Positions 19,798 through 28,479 of a DNA stretch of 36,390 nucleotides are shown here, piece after piece; within the stretch, counting starts at the first letter, position 1; every line of letters starts with the position of its first letter. The notes beneath the pieces were generated by a model, which was given only the letters and a program-made list of their open reading frames with translations, was not told the DNA's origin and searched no databases. Position numbers and translations under genes: made by a program. The stretch comes from Pirellulaceae bacterium (GTDB lineage: Bacteria; Planctomycetota; Planctomycetia; Pirellulales; Pirellulaceae). The stretch is taken from the NCBI GenBank assembly GCA_046085865.1, contig JBJSWM010000138.1, forward strand, positions 1 through 36,390. The letters are read 5' to 3'.

Positions 19798-22644
19798 ATG
19801 AATTGCAATCATCGGTTGTTCTTTGGCACGCTGACCGGATGGCTTGCCTGCTCCTTGATGTGCGTCGCGGCAGCGGCTGCGCAGGGAGCCGAGCCGGTGG
19901 ATTTCACCAAACAGATCTTGCCGCTGCTTCGCAAACACTGTGTCGCATGCCACAACACCAAGACCGCCGAAGGTGGATTGATCTTGGAAAACCATGAGGC
20001 ATTGATGCGCGGTGGCGACAGTGGCGCCACGATCAGCACCGATGCGGCGACCACCAGTTTGCTGGTCGATCGGATCACCGGGGCGATCGAGCCGATCATG
20101 CCGCCCGAAGGGAATTCGGTTGGCGCCAAGCCATGGACAGCCGACGAGGTGCAGCTTCTTAAACAGTGGATCGCCGAAGGTGCCCATCCTGGAAGCGGTG
20201 AGGCAAGCGCGTCGTGGAATTGGCAGCCGCTACCCGGACAATTGCAGCCGATCTACGCAGCAGCGGCGACTGCCGATGGGCAATATGCAGCGGTAGGCCG
20301 TGGCAATCGCCTGACGATCTATCGCTGGCCTGCGATCCATGGAGCCGAAGGGGCTCAGGCATTGATCGATCCGGCAGTCAAACAGCAACTCGGAGATCAG
20401 GCTCCCGATGCATCGCACCTCGATCTGATCCAGTCGATCGCCTTCAGCCCAGATGGTCAGTGGCTGGCATCCGGAGGATTCCGAGAAGTCAAACTTTGGA
20501 AGCGCAAGGTAGAACCTTTGGCAACCTCTCCCTGGCGCATCGAAGGCGCCGCCACGCTAGCCGCCACACCCGATGGCAGCCGCATCGCACTGGCCCTGGC
20601 CGATCACAGCGTGGTGCTTGGCAAAGGGGAAACCCGACTGGCCCTTCTTGCCGCTCGATCGGCGGCCGTCCAGCATTTGGCGATCTCCCCCTCCGGACAG
20701 CGACTGCTGATCGGCTTGGCCGATGGTCGATGGGAGTGGTGGAATCTGGATGGAATCCCCGACGATGGTAGCGCCGCCGCTCAGCCCCTGAGCGACGAAC
20801 GCCGCTTGGGAGAGAAAGCCGATGGTGGCTCGATGAAGCAGATGATCCTGCTGGACAACGATCGACTAGCGACTTTGGACGAAGCGAACGCGGTTGGGCT
20901 ATGGGAGATCGCACCCCCTGCCGATCCCGCACCCCCTGCCGATCCCACTGCGCCCGCGCCTGGGGCTCCCAGCATCATCGCCACGGCGATCGCGGCGCCG
21001 CTGGCACCGGCCAATGCGATCGCTAGGCTGGAGTCCCCTGCAGCAGCGCCCTATCCCTCACCCCGCATCGCCTTGGCGGCTGAAGATGGTTCGGTGCGGA
21101 TCGCGGAACTGCCGACAGGCAACGTGCTGGCCACTCTGGCCCACGGGGCTCCCGTGCGATCCGTTGCTTCCTCTCCCGATGGCCAGTTGATCGCCACCGC
21201 GGCCACCGATGCCAGCATCAAATTCTGGAAAGTGGCCGATGGACAGATGGCCTCGGAGGTGCGCGGCACGCAGAATTCGCAGCGGCTGCTACGCCAAACC
21301 CAGCGACAGCTGGCGCGACAGAACGGGCGCATCGAACGCCTGGCAGCTCGCATCCCCGAAATGGAAAAAGGAGTCGCCGCCGAAACGGAGGCTCGCACCA
21401 AGCAGCAGGCAGTGCGCGATAAAGCGGCCGAGATGGTCGCTGCAAAGGTCAAGGAGATGGAGACCGCGACCGCCGCCATGACCGCCGCCCAGCAGGCCGT
21501 CGAGCAGGCGATGAAGGACCTGGAAGCCAAGAAACAGGAGGTCGCCAAGGCGGAGACAGCGAAGAAGCAGGCAGAGACGGAACTGGCCACTCAGGATCAG
21601 ACTCTCAAGGCCGCCGACGAGGCGATTGAGCGAGCCAAGCAGGCGATTCCGACCCAGCAGATGCTGATTGAGAAAGAAAAACAAATCCTGGCTCAGCATC
21701 AGCAGGCAGTCGACCAGGCAACCGCCGCCGGAACCCAGATCGCGCCGATTCGTCAGGTCACCTTCTCGGCCGATGGCCGTTCGGCCATCGCCCTGCACGA
21801 CGACCAGACGTTGCAGGTGATCCGTGTCGATCGCGCTAAACCCGAAGCTCTCCTCGCTCAGGCACCCGCCGAAATCCGCCGACTGGTCTGCAGCCAGTCT
21901 GGACAATTGCTAGCGGCTCATCCCGGCGGAACTACCCTTTGGGATTTGCGCCTGCCATGGGAACTGGTCCGAAGTGTCGGCAATCACCAGCAGTCTCCCA
22001 TCAGCGATCGCGTCACAGCGCTCGACTTTCATCCCAACGGCCAGCTGCTGGCGGTGGGATCAGGCCCGGCAAGCCGCGTTGGGCAGATTGCCATCCTTTC
22101 GCTAGCCGATGGCTCAGTCGTCAAGGACATGCCCGAAGTCCACAGCGACAGCGTCGTCTCCCTTCGCTTCTCTCCCGATGGAACGCTGCTGGCCAGTGGT
22201 GGCGCCGACAAGATCATCCGCCTTTTTGACACCGCCTCATGGCAGTTCCTGAGGACGATGGAAGGGCACACCCACCATGTGTTGGGATTGGCCTGGCAGG
22301 ATGACGGGCAAACGCTAGCTTCCGCGAGTGCCGACAACACCATCAAGATCTGGGACTCCTCCAGCGGCCAACAGCTGCGCACCATCGGAGGCTTTGGCAA
22401 GGAGGTAACCGCTTTGGGGTACCTCGGACAGACCCAGCAACTCTACAGCGCCTCAGCAGACCAGCAGGCGCGTCTGCACGAAGGGAGCAATGGGCAGGGA
22501 ATTCGGTCCTTTGGGGGAGCCGCTGATGCTCTTTACGCTGCGGCAGTGGCGGAGGATGGGCCATGGATCCTGGCAGGCGGTCAGGATGGAAAACTCTGGA
22601 TTTGGCAACTCGACAATGGCCAGGCATTGCAGCAGATCCAGTGA
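19798..22644 (+). CDS. PSCyt1 (planctomycete cytochrome c) domain protein with two WD40 propeller regions separated by a long coiled coil
   Basis: A CVACH heme-c site lies in FTKQILPLLRKHCVACHN (nt 19939-19953). WD40 blades include IQSIAFSPDGQWLASGG, VVSLRFSPDGTLLASGGADKIIRLFD and HVLGLAWQDDGQTLASASADNTIKIWD. A signal peptide follows MNCNH. In-frame alternative starts are at 19750 and 19768. Confidence 0.85.
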   Translation: MNCNHRLFFGTLTGWLACSLMCVAAAAAQGAEPVDFTKQILPLLRKHCVACHNTKTAEGGLILENHEALMRGGDSGATISTDAATTSLLVDRITGAIEPIMPPEGNSVGAKPWTADEVQLLKQWIAEGAHPGSGEASASWNWQPLPGQLQPIYAAAATADGQYAAVGRGNRLTIYRWPAIHGAEGAQALIDPAVKQQLGDQAPDASHLDLIQSIAFSPDGQWLASGGFREVKLWKRKVEPLATSPWRIEGAATLAATPDGSRIALALADHSVVLGKGETRLALLAARSAAVQHLAISPSGQRLLIGLADGRWEWWNLDGIPDDGSAAAQPLSDERRLGEKADGGSMKQMILLDNDRLATLDEANAVGLWEIAPPADPAPPADPTAPAPGAPSIIATAIAAPLAPANAIARLESPAAAPYPSPRIALAAEDGSVRIAELPTGNVLATLAHGAPVRSVASSPDGQLIATAATDASIKFWKVADGQMASEVRGTQNSQRLLRQTQRQLARQNGRIERLAARIPEMEKGVAAETEARTKQQAVRDKAAEMVAAKVKEMETATAAMTAAQQAVEQAMKDLEAKKQEVAKAETAKKQAETELATQDQTLKAADEAIERAKQAIPTQQMLIEKEKQILAQHQQAVDQATAAGTQIAPIRQVTFSADGRSAIALHDDQTLQVIRVDRAKPEALLAQAPAEIRRLVCSQSGQLLAAHPGGTTLWDLRLPWELVRSVGNHQQSPISDRVTALDFHPNGQLLAVGSGPASRVGQIAILSLADGSVVKDMPEVHSDSVVSLRFSPDGTLLASGGADKIIRLFDTASWQFLRTMEGHTHHVLGLAWQDDGQTLASASADNTIKIWDSSSGQQLRTIGGFGKEVTALGYLGQTQQLYSASADQQARLHEGSNGQGIRSFGGAADALYAAAVAEDGPWILAGGQDGKLWIWQLDNGQALQQIQ
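20911..20946 (+). repeat. Perfect 18-bp tandem duplication inside the WD40 gene (gcaccccctgccgatccc x2), encoding APPADP x2
   Basis: Read directly from the sequence. It is in frame within a Pro/Ala-rich linker. Confidence 0.9.
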
Positions 22645-22796
22645 ACAGGTCTGCCGGACCTGATCGAATCCCTAATTTTTTGGTCCAACTCTTCCACTGG
22701 GTGTGAACGCGCCCCAGGGGAGGATCGTCCAAGCCATGGGTCTGGATCCAAGACTCTGGCTTTCTTTTTCCCCTTAGCTCCGCCTAATGGGCGAAA

Positions 22797-22825
22797 TTGA
22801 CCCGCGGGGATCTGGCCGCTATTCT
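22797..22825 (+). promoter_or_regulatory. Candidate sigma-70-type promoter for the DUF1559 gene (TTGACC-N17-TATTCT)
   Basis: The -35 element TTGACC is at 22797-22802, followed by a 17-nt spacer and the -10 element TATTCT at 22820-22825. It lies 79 nt upstream of ATG 22904. This is sequence resemblance only, and planctomycete promoter rules are poorly defined. Confidence 0.3.
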
Positions 22826-22903
22826 AAAACGGGGTTTTCGTTCGCACCTCGCTTGGCCCGACGGGGTGTGTATTCATCAAGGGTCACACTGGAGGCAAGG
22901 ATC

Positions 22904-23917
22904 ATGAAACGAGGGAAGCGGGGTGCATTTACCCTGGTGGAGCTGTTGGTGGTGATCGCCATCATCGGAGTCCTGGTCGGTTTGCTTTTGCCGGCGGTCC
23001 AGGCGGCACGCGAAGCGGCTCGACGCATGCAATGCTCGAACAATCTCAAGCAGATTGGTTTGGCGTTCATGAATTACGAATCGACGTACAAGACGTTCCC
23101 GGCTGCCTATTACATCGGGTTGGCGACGCCTAGCACCTACAACATCCAGCCTTTGGGTCCAGCGCTGTTGCCATTTCTGGAGCAGACCAACTTGGCCAAT
23201 GGCTACGATTCGCGCGTGACACCTGCAGACCAGTTTGGACCGATCGGCCAGGCCAACGTCGCGATCATCTCGACCCCGCTGGCGATGTTCACCTGTCCTT
23301 CGGCACCTGGTTCGGCCACCGAACGGATTTATACCGGTGTCATCCCCGCCGGGACGCTTCCTGGTCTTCCGAATCTCACCTACAAAGCAGCACCTTCGGA
23401 CTACTGCGTCACCACCGGCGTGCTCGGATTTTACGCCAACCTAGCCTATGCCAACCAAGGTGGCGCCGGTGGAGATCGCCACGGTGCCCTTCGTGTGGCC
23501 ACCTTCCAGGGGCCGGAGCGCAACCGAATTGCCGATATCCTCGACGGCACCACCAACACCTTCCTGATGGGTGAGAAGACCGGCGGAAATACTTTCTACT
23601 CGGGGATTCGGAAGATTCCTGGAATTCCGGCTCCCTTCAATGGGCTCAATGGCGGTGGCTGGGGCGACCCGCTCAACGGCGAGCATTGGCTGGGGGGTTC
23701 GGTACGCAATCCATCGTTCCCTGCCGCTCAGGGGCCATGCGCCATCAATTGCACGAACATCCGTGGTGCTGGATTCCACTCGCTGCACGCGGGTGGAAGT
23801 CAGTTTGTGATGTGCGATGGTTCGGTGCAGTTCGTCGGGTCGGGAGTCGATCCCTTCTCGATGGCAGCCCGCATCACTCGTCAGAAGGCGGAAGTGGCTC
23901 CCACCGACGATCTGTGA
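22904..23917 (+). CDS. DUF1559 protein with a prepilin-type N-terminal cleavage/methylation domain and an H-X9-DG motif
   Basis: The N-terminus is MKRGKRGAFTLVELLVVIAIIGVLVGLLLPAVQAAREAARRMQCSNNLKQIGLA. LHAGGSQFVMCDGSVQFV supplies H-X9-DG. GGAGG lies 8 nt upstream of ATG 22904. Confidence 0.9.
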   Translation: MKRGKRGAFTLVELLVVIAIIGVLVGLLLPAVQAAREAARRMQCSNNLKQIGLAFMNYESTYKTFPAAYYIGLATPSTYNIQPLGPALLPFLEQTNLANGYDSRVTPADQFGPIGQANVAIISTPLAMFTCPSAPGSATERIYTGVIPAGTLPGLPNLTYKAAPSDYCVTTGVLGFYANLAYANQGGAGGDRHGALRVATFQGPERNRIADILDGTTNTFLMGEKTGGNTFYSGIRKIPGIPAPFNGLNGGGWGDPLNGEHWLGGSVRNPSFPAAQGPCAINCTNIRGAGFHSLHAGGSQFVMCDGSVQFVGSGVDPFSMAARITRQKAEVAPTDDL

Positions 23918-23952
23918 TCGCCTGATCGATCGCAGGTATTGGCAGAAGGCTC

Positions 23953-23983
23953 AGGGAACTTGCCGATTGCAAGTTCCCTTTTT
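23953..23983 (+). terminator. Rho-independent terminator after the DUF1559 gene
   Basis: An 11-bp perfect stem (agggaacttgc / gcaagttccct) with a 5-nt loop (cgatt) is followed by a T run. It lies 36 nt after the stop codon. Confidence 0.7.
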
Positions 23984-24111
23984 CATTTGCGGTTGGCACT
24001 GGATCTATCCGCAACGAAGTAGCGATCGACCGATACAATAAAAGAATGCAGGGGATGCTCAGGATTCCCCTTTTTGCTACGACCAACGCCAAAGCCCAAC
24101 TGGAGGAATTC

Positions 24112-24552
24112 ATGATGCAATTACGATCGTCGTTGATCGCCCTCAGCGCGATTCTGCTGACTTCGGTAGTCGGTTGTGGACCTGCCAAATTCTCCGGCGA
24201 GAAGGATGCTCGTCCTGTCAAAGGCATTGTCAAGGTGGATGGCCAACCGGCCAACGCCCTGCAAGTCACCATGCACCCGCTCAACCCTGATCCCAGCAAT
24301 CCAACGATCTCCACCGCGTTGTGTGGAGCCGATGGTGCTTTTGCTGTGTCGACCTATGAGTCGGGGGATGGGGCGCCCGATGGAGAGTACGTGCTGACGT
24401 TTCTTTGGGGATCGATCAACCCGATGACGATGGCCTATGGCGATCCCGACAAGCTCAATGGACGCTACACCGATCCAAAGAAATCGACTCAGAAGGTAAC
24501 GATCGCTGGCAAGCCTGTCGATTTGGGTACGATCGAACTGAGTTCCAAGTAA
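24112..24552 (+). CDS. Small lipoprotein, of the carboxypeptidase-regulatory-like beta-sandwich type often found next to DUF1559 genes
   Basis: The signal MMQLRSSLIALSAILLTSVVGC has a lipobox Cys. GGAGG lies 5 nt upstream of the start. VKGIVKVDGQPANALQVTMHP is a typical first strand pair. Start moved to ATG 24112. Confidence 0.7.
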   Translation: MMQLRSSLIALSAILLTSVVGCGPAKFSGEKDARPVKGIVKVDGQPANALQVTMHPLNPDPSNPTISTALCGADGAFAVSTYESGDGAPDGEYVLTFLWGSINPMTMAYGDPDKLNGRYTDPKKSTQKVTIAGKPVDLGTIELSSK

Positions 24553-24597
24553 GCACTTCTTCCGAATGACATGAGAACCGGGGAACAGGGGAATCGG

Positions 24598-25977
24598 ATG
24601 GATCGGCGCCAAGCATGTTCGACGATGGTTGGGGCGGCCGGAGCGTTGCTGGCAGGGAATTCCTGGTCGCAGCTTCTCGGCCAGGATCAGGTTCCCTTCG
24701 CATCGAGCGCTCTTCGCGATTACGTCGCCGCCGATGACGCCAGCTACCACTCGATCTGCAAGCAATCGGGAAAAATCGACTCCGTATCGTGGTCGCGACT
24801 GCACGTTGTCTCGCAGACGTGGCGTGCCGTCCCTTGGCGGCATGTGGTCTGGATCTTTCTCCCCGATGGCTCGACCGGACCAGCCTCCCAGCGTGCCATG
24901 CTGCATATCAGTGGAGGGGTTTGGGAACCGGAGTGGCCTGAAGACGGTCCAGCCGATCTGGCACCTGGACCTTCCGCAGCGCGCTGGATCAACTTGGCCA
25001 AGGCGACGGGCAGCCCCGTGGTGGTCGCCGAACAAATACCTTTCCAGCCGATGTTCGACGGCTTGGTGGAAGACCAGATCATCTCGATGACCTTCCTTCA
25101 GTTTGTCAAAACTGGGGATCGATCGTGGCCTCTTCTGTTTCCGATGGTCAAGGCAGCGGTGCGGGCGATGGATGCTGCGCAAGCGCACTGCCAGCAACAC
25201 CACCACTGGAAGCTCGATCATTTCACCGCCTTCGGAAGTTCGAAACGCGGATGGACGACGTGGCTGGTGGGAGCTGTCGATCGACGCATCGATGCGATGG
25301 CACCGACGGTGATCGATGTGCTCAACATGGAAGCGCAGATGGTCCATCAGAAGAAGACCTGGGGAAAGTACTCCGAGCAGATTGCCGACTACAGCGACAA
25401 AGGGCTTCCCGATCTGGTCGCCACACCCAAGGGGAAAGAACTGGTGCAGATGGTCGACCCGTTTGCATTCCGCCATGCGATCTCGCAGCCCAAGCTGCTG
25501 ATTTTTGGAACCAACGATCGGTACTGGCCGGTCGATGCCTGCTCCCTTTATTGGGACCAGTTGGTCGGAGACAAATACCTGCTCTACACCCCAAATCAGG
25601 GCCATGGGATCCGCGATCTCCAGCGCATCGATGGCAGCCTTGCGGCGCTGCACCGAAGCCGTTGTGGCGGCCCGCCATTGCCGACACTTCAGTGGCAATT
25701 CGAGGACTCGCAGACCCGTTCGATCGAGCTGTCGATGCATTGCGAACCTGCGCCCAAAAAGCTTCAGGCATGGGTCGCCCGATCGGAAACCCGCGACTTT
25801 CGCGACGCGAAGTGGGAAGCGATGCCAGTGGCAGCAAGCGATCGGAAGGTGGGGCGATTTCAGATCGACCGCGAGGACAGCTTCGTCGCCGTCTTCGGCG
25901 AATACATTTTCGATCAAGACCCCATCGATGCCTATTTCTCGACCAACCTGCAGATCTATGAACCACTTCGCCCATGA
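24598..25977 (+). CDS. PhoPQ-activated pathogenicity-related (PqaA-type) family protein, alpha/beta-hydrolase-like
   Basis: FGSSKRGWTTWLVGAVDRRIDAMAPTVIDVLNM and LIFGTNDRYWPVD match the PhoPQ-related family as I remember it. A signal-like N-terminus is present. ATG 24571 is an alternative start. Confidence 0.75.
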   Translation: MDRRQACSTMVGAAGALLAGNSWSQLLGQDQVPFASSALRDYVAADDASYHSICKQSGKIDSVSWSRLHVVSQTWRAVPWRHVVWIFLPDGSTGPASQRAMLHISGGVWEPEWPEDGPADLAPGPSAARWINLAKATGSPVVVAEQIPFQPMFDGLVEDQIISMTFLQFVKTGDRSWPLLFPMVKAAVRAMDAAQAHCQQHHHWKLDHFTAFGSSKRGWTTWLVGAVDRRIDAMAPTVIDVLNMEAQMVHQKKTWGKYSEQIADYSDKGLPDLVATPKGKELVQMVDPFAFRHAISQPKLLIFGTNDRYWPVDACSLYWDQLVGDKYLLYTPNQGHGIRDLQRIDGSLAALHRSRCGGPPLPTLQWQFEDSQTRSIELSMHCEPAPKKLQAWVARSETRDFRDAKWEAMPVAASDRKVGRFQIDREDSFVAVFGEYIFDQDPIDAYFSTNLQIYEPLRP

Positions 25978-26087
25978 CGCCAGTTGGTGATTCCCGACAG
26001 ATACAGCAAGGCTTCCCGGAGCGACTGCAGGTTTAGCAAACGATTCTTTTTCTTGCTCTTGGACCAGATCTTGGGAGACACCCATCG

Positions 26088-27182
26088 ATGGCACACGAAG
26101 TCACTTTGATCCTTGGCGATGGAACCGGACCCGAACTGGCGGAAGCCGCTCGCTTCTGCATCGATGCGACGGGAGTCAAGATCCACTGGGACGTTCAAGA
26201 AGCAGGAGTCGACGTGATGGCGCGTCTGGGCACTCCCATCCCGGACAGCACGCTGGCCAGTATCCGCCGGACCCGCTGCGCGCTGAAAGCGCCGATCACC
26301 ACACCCGTCGGAACAGGCTTTCGCAGCATCAACGTCTACCTCCGACAGGAACTGGGGCTTTACGCTTGCATCCGCCCCTGCAAGCTCTATCCGGGCGTGC
26401 GGTCCTTCTTCAAGGATGTCGGTGTCGATCTGGTGATCGTCCGGGAGAATACCGAAGACCTCTATGCAGGAGTGGAATTCGAAGCGGGCAAGCCGGAGAC
26501 CAGCGCCCTGATCGATCACATCAACAGCCTTCCCAGCGATAAGAAGATCAAGACCAAGGGGAATGAAACCGGTATTTCGATCAAGCCGATCAGCGTTACC
26601 GGAACGCAGAATATCGTCCGCTGCGCCTTCGATTACGCTCGAAAACACCGCCGACGCAAGGTGACTGCCGTCCATAAAGCCAACATCATGAAGTTCAGTG
26701 ATGGGCTTTTTCTGAAAACCGCTGCCGACTTAGCCAAGGACTATCCAGAGATTGAGTTTGAGGAACGGATCGTCGACAACATGTGCATGCAACTGACGCA
26801 GAAACCAGAGCTGTATGATGTTTTGGTGCTGCCGAATCTGTATGGCGATATCGTCAGCGATCTAGGGGCGGGACTGATCGGCGGACTGGGGATGGCACCG
26901 GGAGCCAACATCGGTCCTGGAGGCGCTGTGTTCGAGGCGACCCACGGCAGCGCACCGAAGTACAAGGGACTCAACAAAGTCAATCCAACCGCCCTGATCC
27001 TTTCGGGGATGTTGATGCTGGAGCATCTGGGAGAGACCGATGCCGCGAGGCGACTGGAACATGCCGTCGCCTCCGTCATCGCCGAAGGTCAAGCCGTCAC
27101 CTATGATCTCAAGGCCGATCGCAACGATCCGACTGCCGTAGGCACCCGAGAAATGGCAAAGGCCATCTGCGATCGACTTTGA
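26088..27182 (+). CDS. icd: Isocitrate dehydrogenase (isocitrate/isopropylmalate dehydrogenase family)
   Basis: Supporting motifs are [63 protein letters not shown] and [13 protein letters not shown]. Cofactor specificity cannot be assigned by eye. Confidence 0.8.
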   Translation: MAHEVTLILGDGTGPELAEAARFCIDATGVKIHWDVQEAGVDVMARLGTPIPDSTLASIRRTRCALKAPITTPVGTGFRSINVYLRQELGLYACIRPCKLYPGVRSFFKDVGVDLVIVRENTEDLYAGVEFEAGKPETSALIDHINSLPSDKKIKTKGNETGISIKPISVTGTQNIVRCAFDYARKHRRRKVTAVHKANIMKFSDGLFLKTAADLAKDYPEIEFEERIVDNMCMQLTQKPELYDVLVLPNLYGDIVSDLGAGLIGGLGMAPGANIGPGGAVFEATHGSAPKYKGLNKVNPTALILSGMLMLEHLGETDAARRLEHAVASVIAEGQAVTYDLKADRNDPTAVGTREMAKAICDRL

Positions 27183-27246
27183 CCAGCCAACCGCCCCGCT
27201 CAAGAATTACCAGGCCCTGTCCATGGATGGGCGAGGAACCGGCAAG

Positions 27247-28350
27247 ATGCATCGATTGCTGAAAATCCTTCGAGGAGAAACAAACGGCCTGCTAGCCAGC
27301 CTGCTGCGCGGCTTGCTGTGGCTTGCCAGTTTTCCCTATGCCTTAGCCATGCGCCTGCGAAACCTCGCCTACGACCGTGGCTGGAAGAACTCCTGGAAGG
27401 CACCCTGTCCTGTGATCTCCGTCGGCAACCTCACTGCCGGTGGCACAGGAAAGACCCCCACGGTCGCGATGCTGGCTCACTGGTTTCGCGATCAGGGAAT
27501 CCGCGTTGCCATCGTCAGCCGAGGGTATCGAGCCGGGGAGGATGGAAGGAACGACGAGGCGCGGGAATGGGAAAATCGTTTGCCGGACGTGCCGCACGTC
27601 CAGCATGCCGACCGGCGCGTAGGGATCCGCATCTGCCGTGAAGAACTCGATTGCCAGTTGATCCTTCTGGACGATGCCTTCCAGCACCGCCAAGTCGCAC
27701 GCGATCTGGAAATCGTCCTCATCGATTCGCTCGATCCCTTCGGAGGCGGTTATCTTCTTCCACGCGGCTTGTTGCGGGAAGGTCTTCGATCGCTGCGGCG
27801 AGCCGATGTGATTGTGGCAACTCGCACCGATCTGGTCTCGGCTAGCCGACTGGCGGAAATCCGAACGACGATCCTGCGCTGGGCACCCAAAGCCGCTTGG
27901 GTGGAAAGCGCCCATGCACCCATCGGCATCCGCAATGCCTCCGGTCAGACACTCCCTCTCCACCATCTGGATCACCAGCGCTGGCTCCCCTTCTGCGGCC
28001 TAGGCAACCCAGAAGGGTTCCTCCAAACGTTGAAACAACTGCCGATAGGATTGGCAGAGCCGAGGTGGTTTGCCGATCACCACCACTATACCGCTGACGA
28101 CCTGCAGTCGCTGATCCATCAGGCAAAGCCGAAGGACCCCAATCAGCCGCCAGTCGATGGTTTTCTCTGCACCGGAAAAGATCTCCCCAAGATCGGCGTC
28201 GACTCCCTGGGGGGCCTTCCCCTCTGGGCGGTTGAGATTGAACTGGCGGTCCGCAGTGGTTGGGAAGGACTTGAGGATCGCCTTCAACCTCTAGCGAAAG
28301 CCGCCCTGGAAATCGATCCGCAGGATCCTCCAGCGCTGGAAGACGACTGA
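27247..28350 (+). CDS. lpxK: Tetraacyldisaccharide 4'-kinase
   Basis: VISVGNLTAGGTGKTP is the P-loop in LpxK context, with IVSRGYR and LLDDAFQH also present. An N-terminal membrane helix is present. I prefer ATG 27247 (GAGGA upstream) over 27223. Confidence 0.85.
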   Translation: MHRLLKILRGETNGLLASLLRGLLWLASFPYALAMRLRNLAYDRGWKNSWKAPCPVISVGNLTAGGTGKTPTVAMLAHWFRDQGIRVAIVSRGYRAGEDGRNDEAREWENRLPDVPHVQHADRRVGIRICREELDCQLILLDDAFQHRQVARDLEIVLIDSLDPFGGGYLLPRGLLREGLRSLRRADVIVATRTDLVSASRLAEIRTTILRWAPKAAWVESAHAPIGIRNASGQTLPLHHLDHQRWLPFCGLGNPEGFLQTLKQLPIGLAEPRWFADHHHYTADDLQSLIHQAKPKDPNQPPVDGFLCTGKDLPKIGVDSLGGLPLWAVEIELAVRSGWEGLEDRLQPLAKAALEIDPQDPPALEDD

Positions 28351-28479
28351 TCGGCCGCCTGGACCGAGACAACTTGCCGGACTGGCGGTTTTGTCCTAGC
28401 CTGAAAGGGAGGAAGAGCCGCGATCGCTAGCCTATCCAGTCCTCCTTGCCTCCCCTCGCCCGCACCTCAGGAGCCCTAT

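Noticed and set aside
24121-26094. 657-aa ORF on the minus strand, the longest unassigned ORF in the track
   Set aside because: It runs antisense to three plus-strand genes with clear family motifs (the lipoprotein, the PqaA-like protein and the icd start). Its translation is Arg/Gly/Pro/His-rich with no recognisable motif. This is a typical GC-rich shadow ORF.
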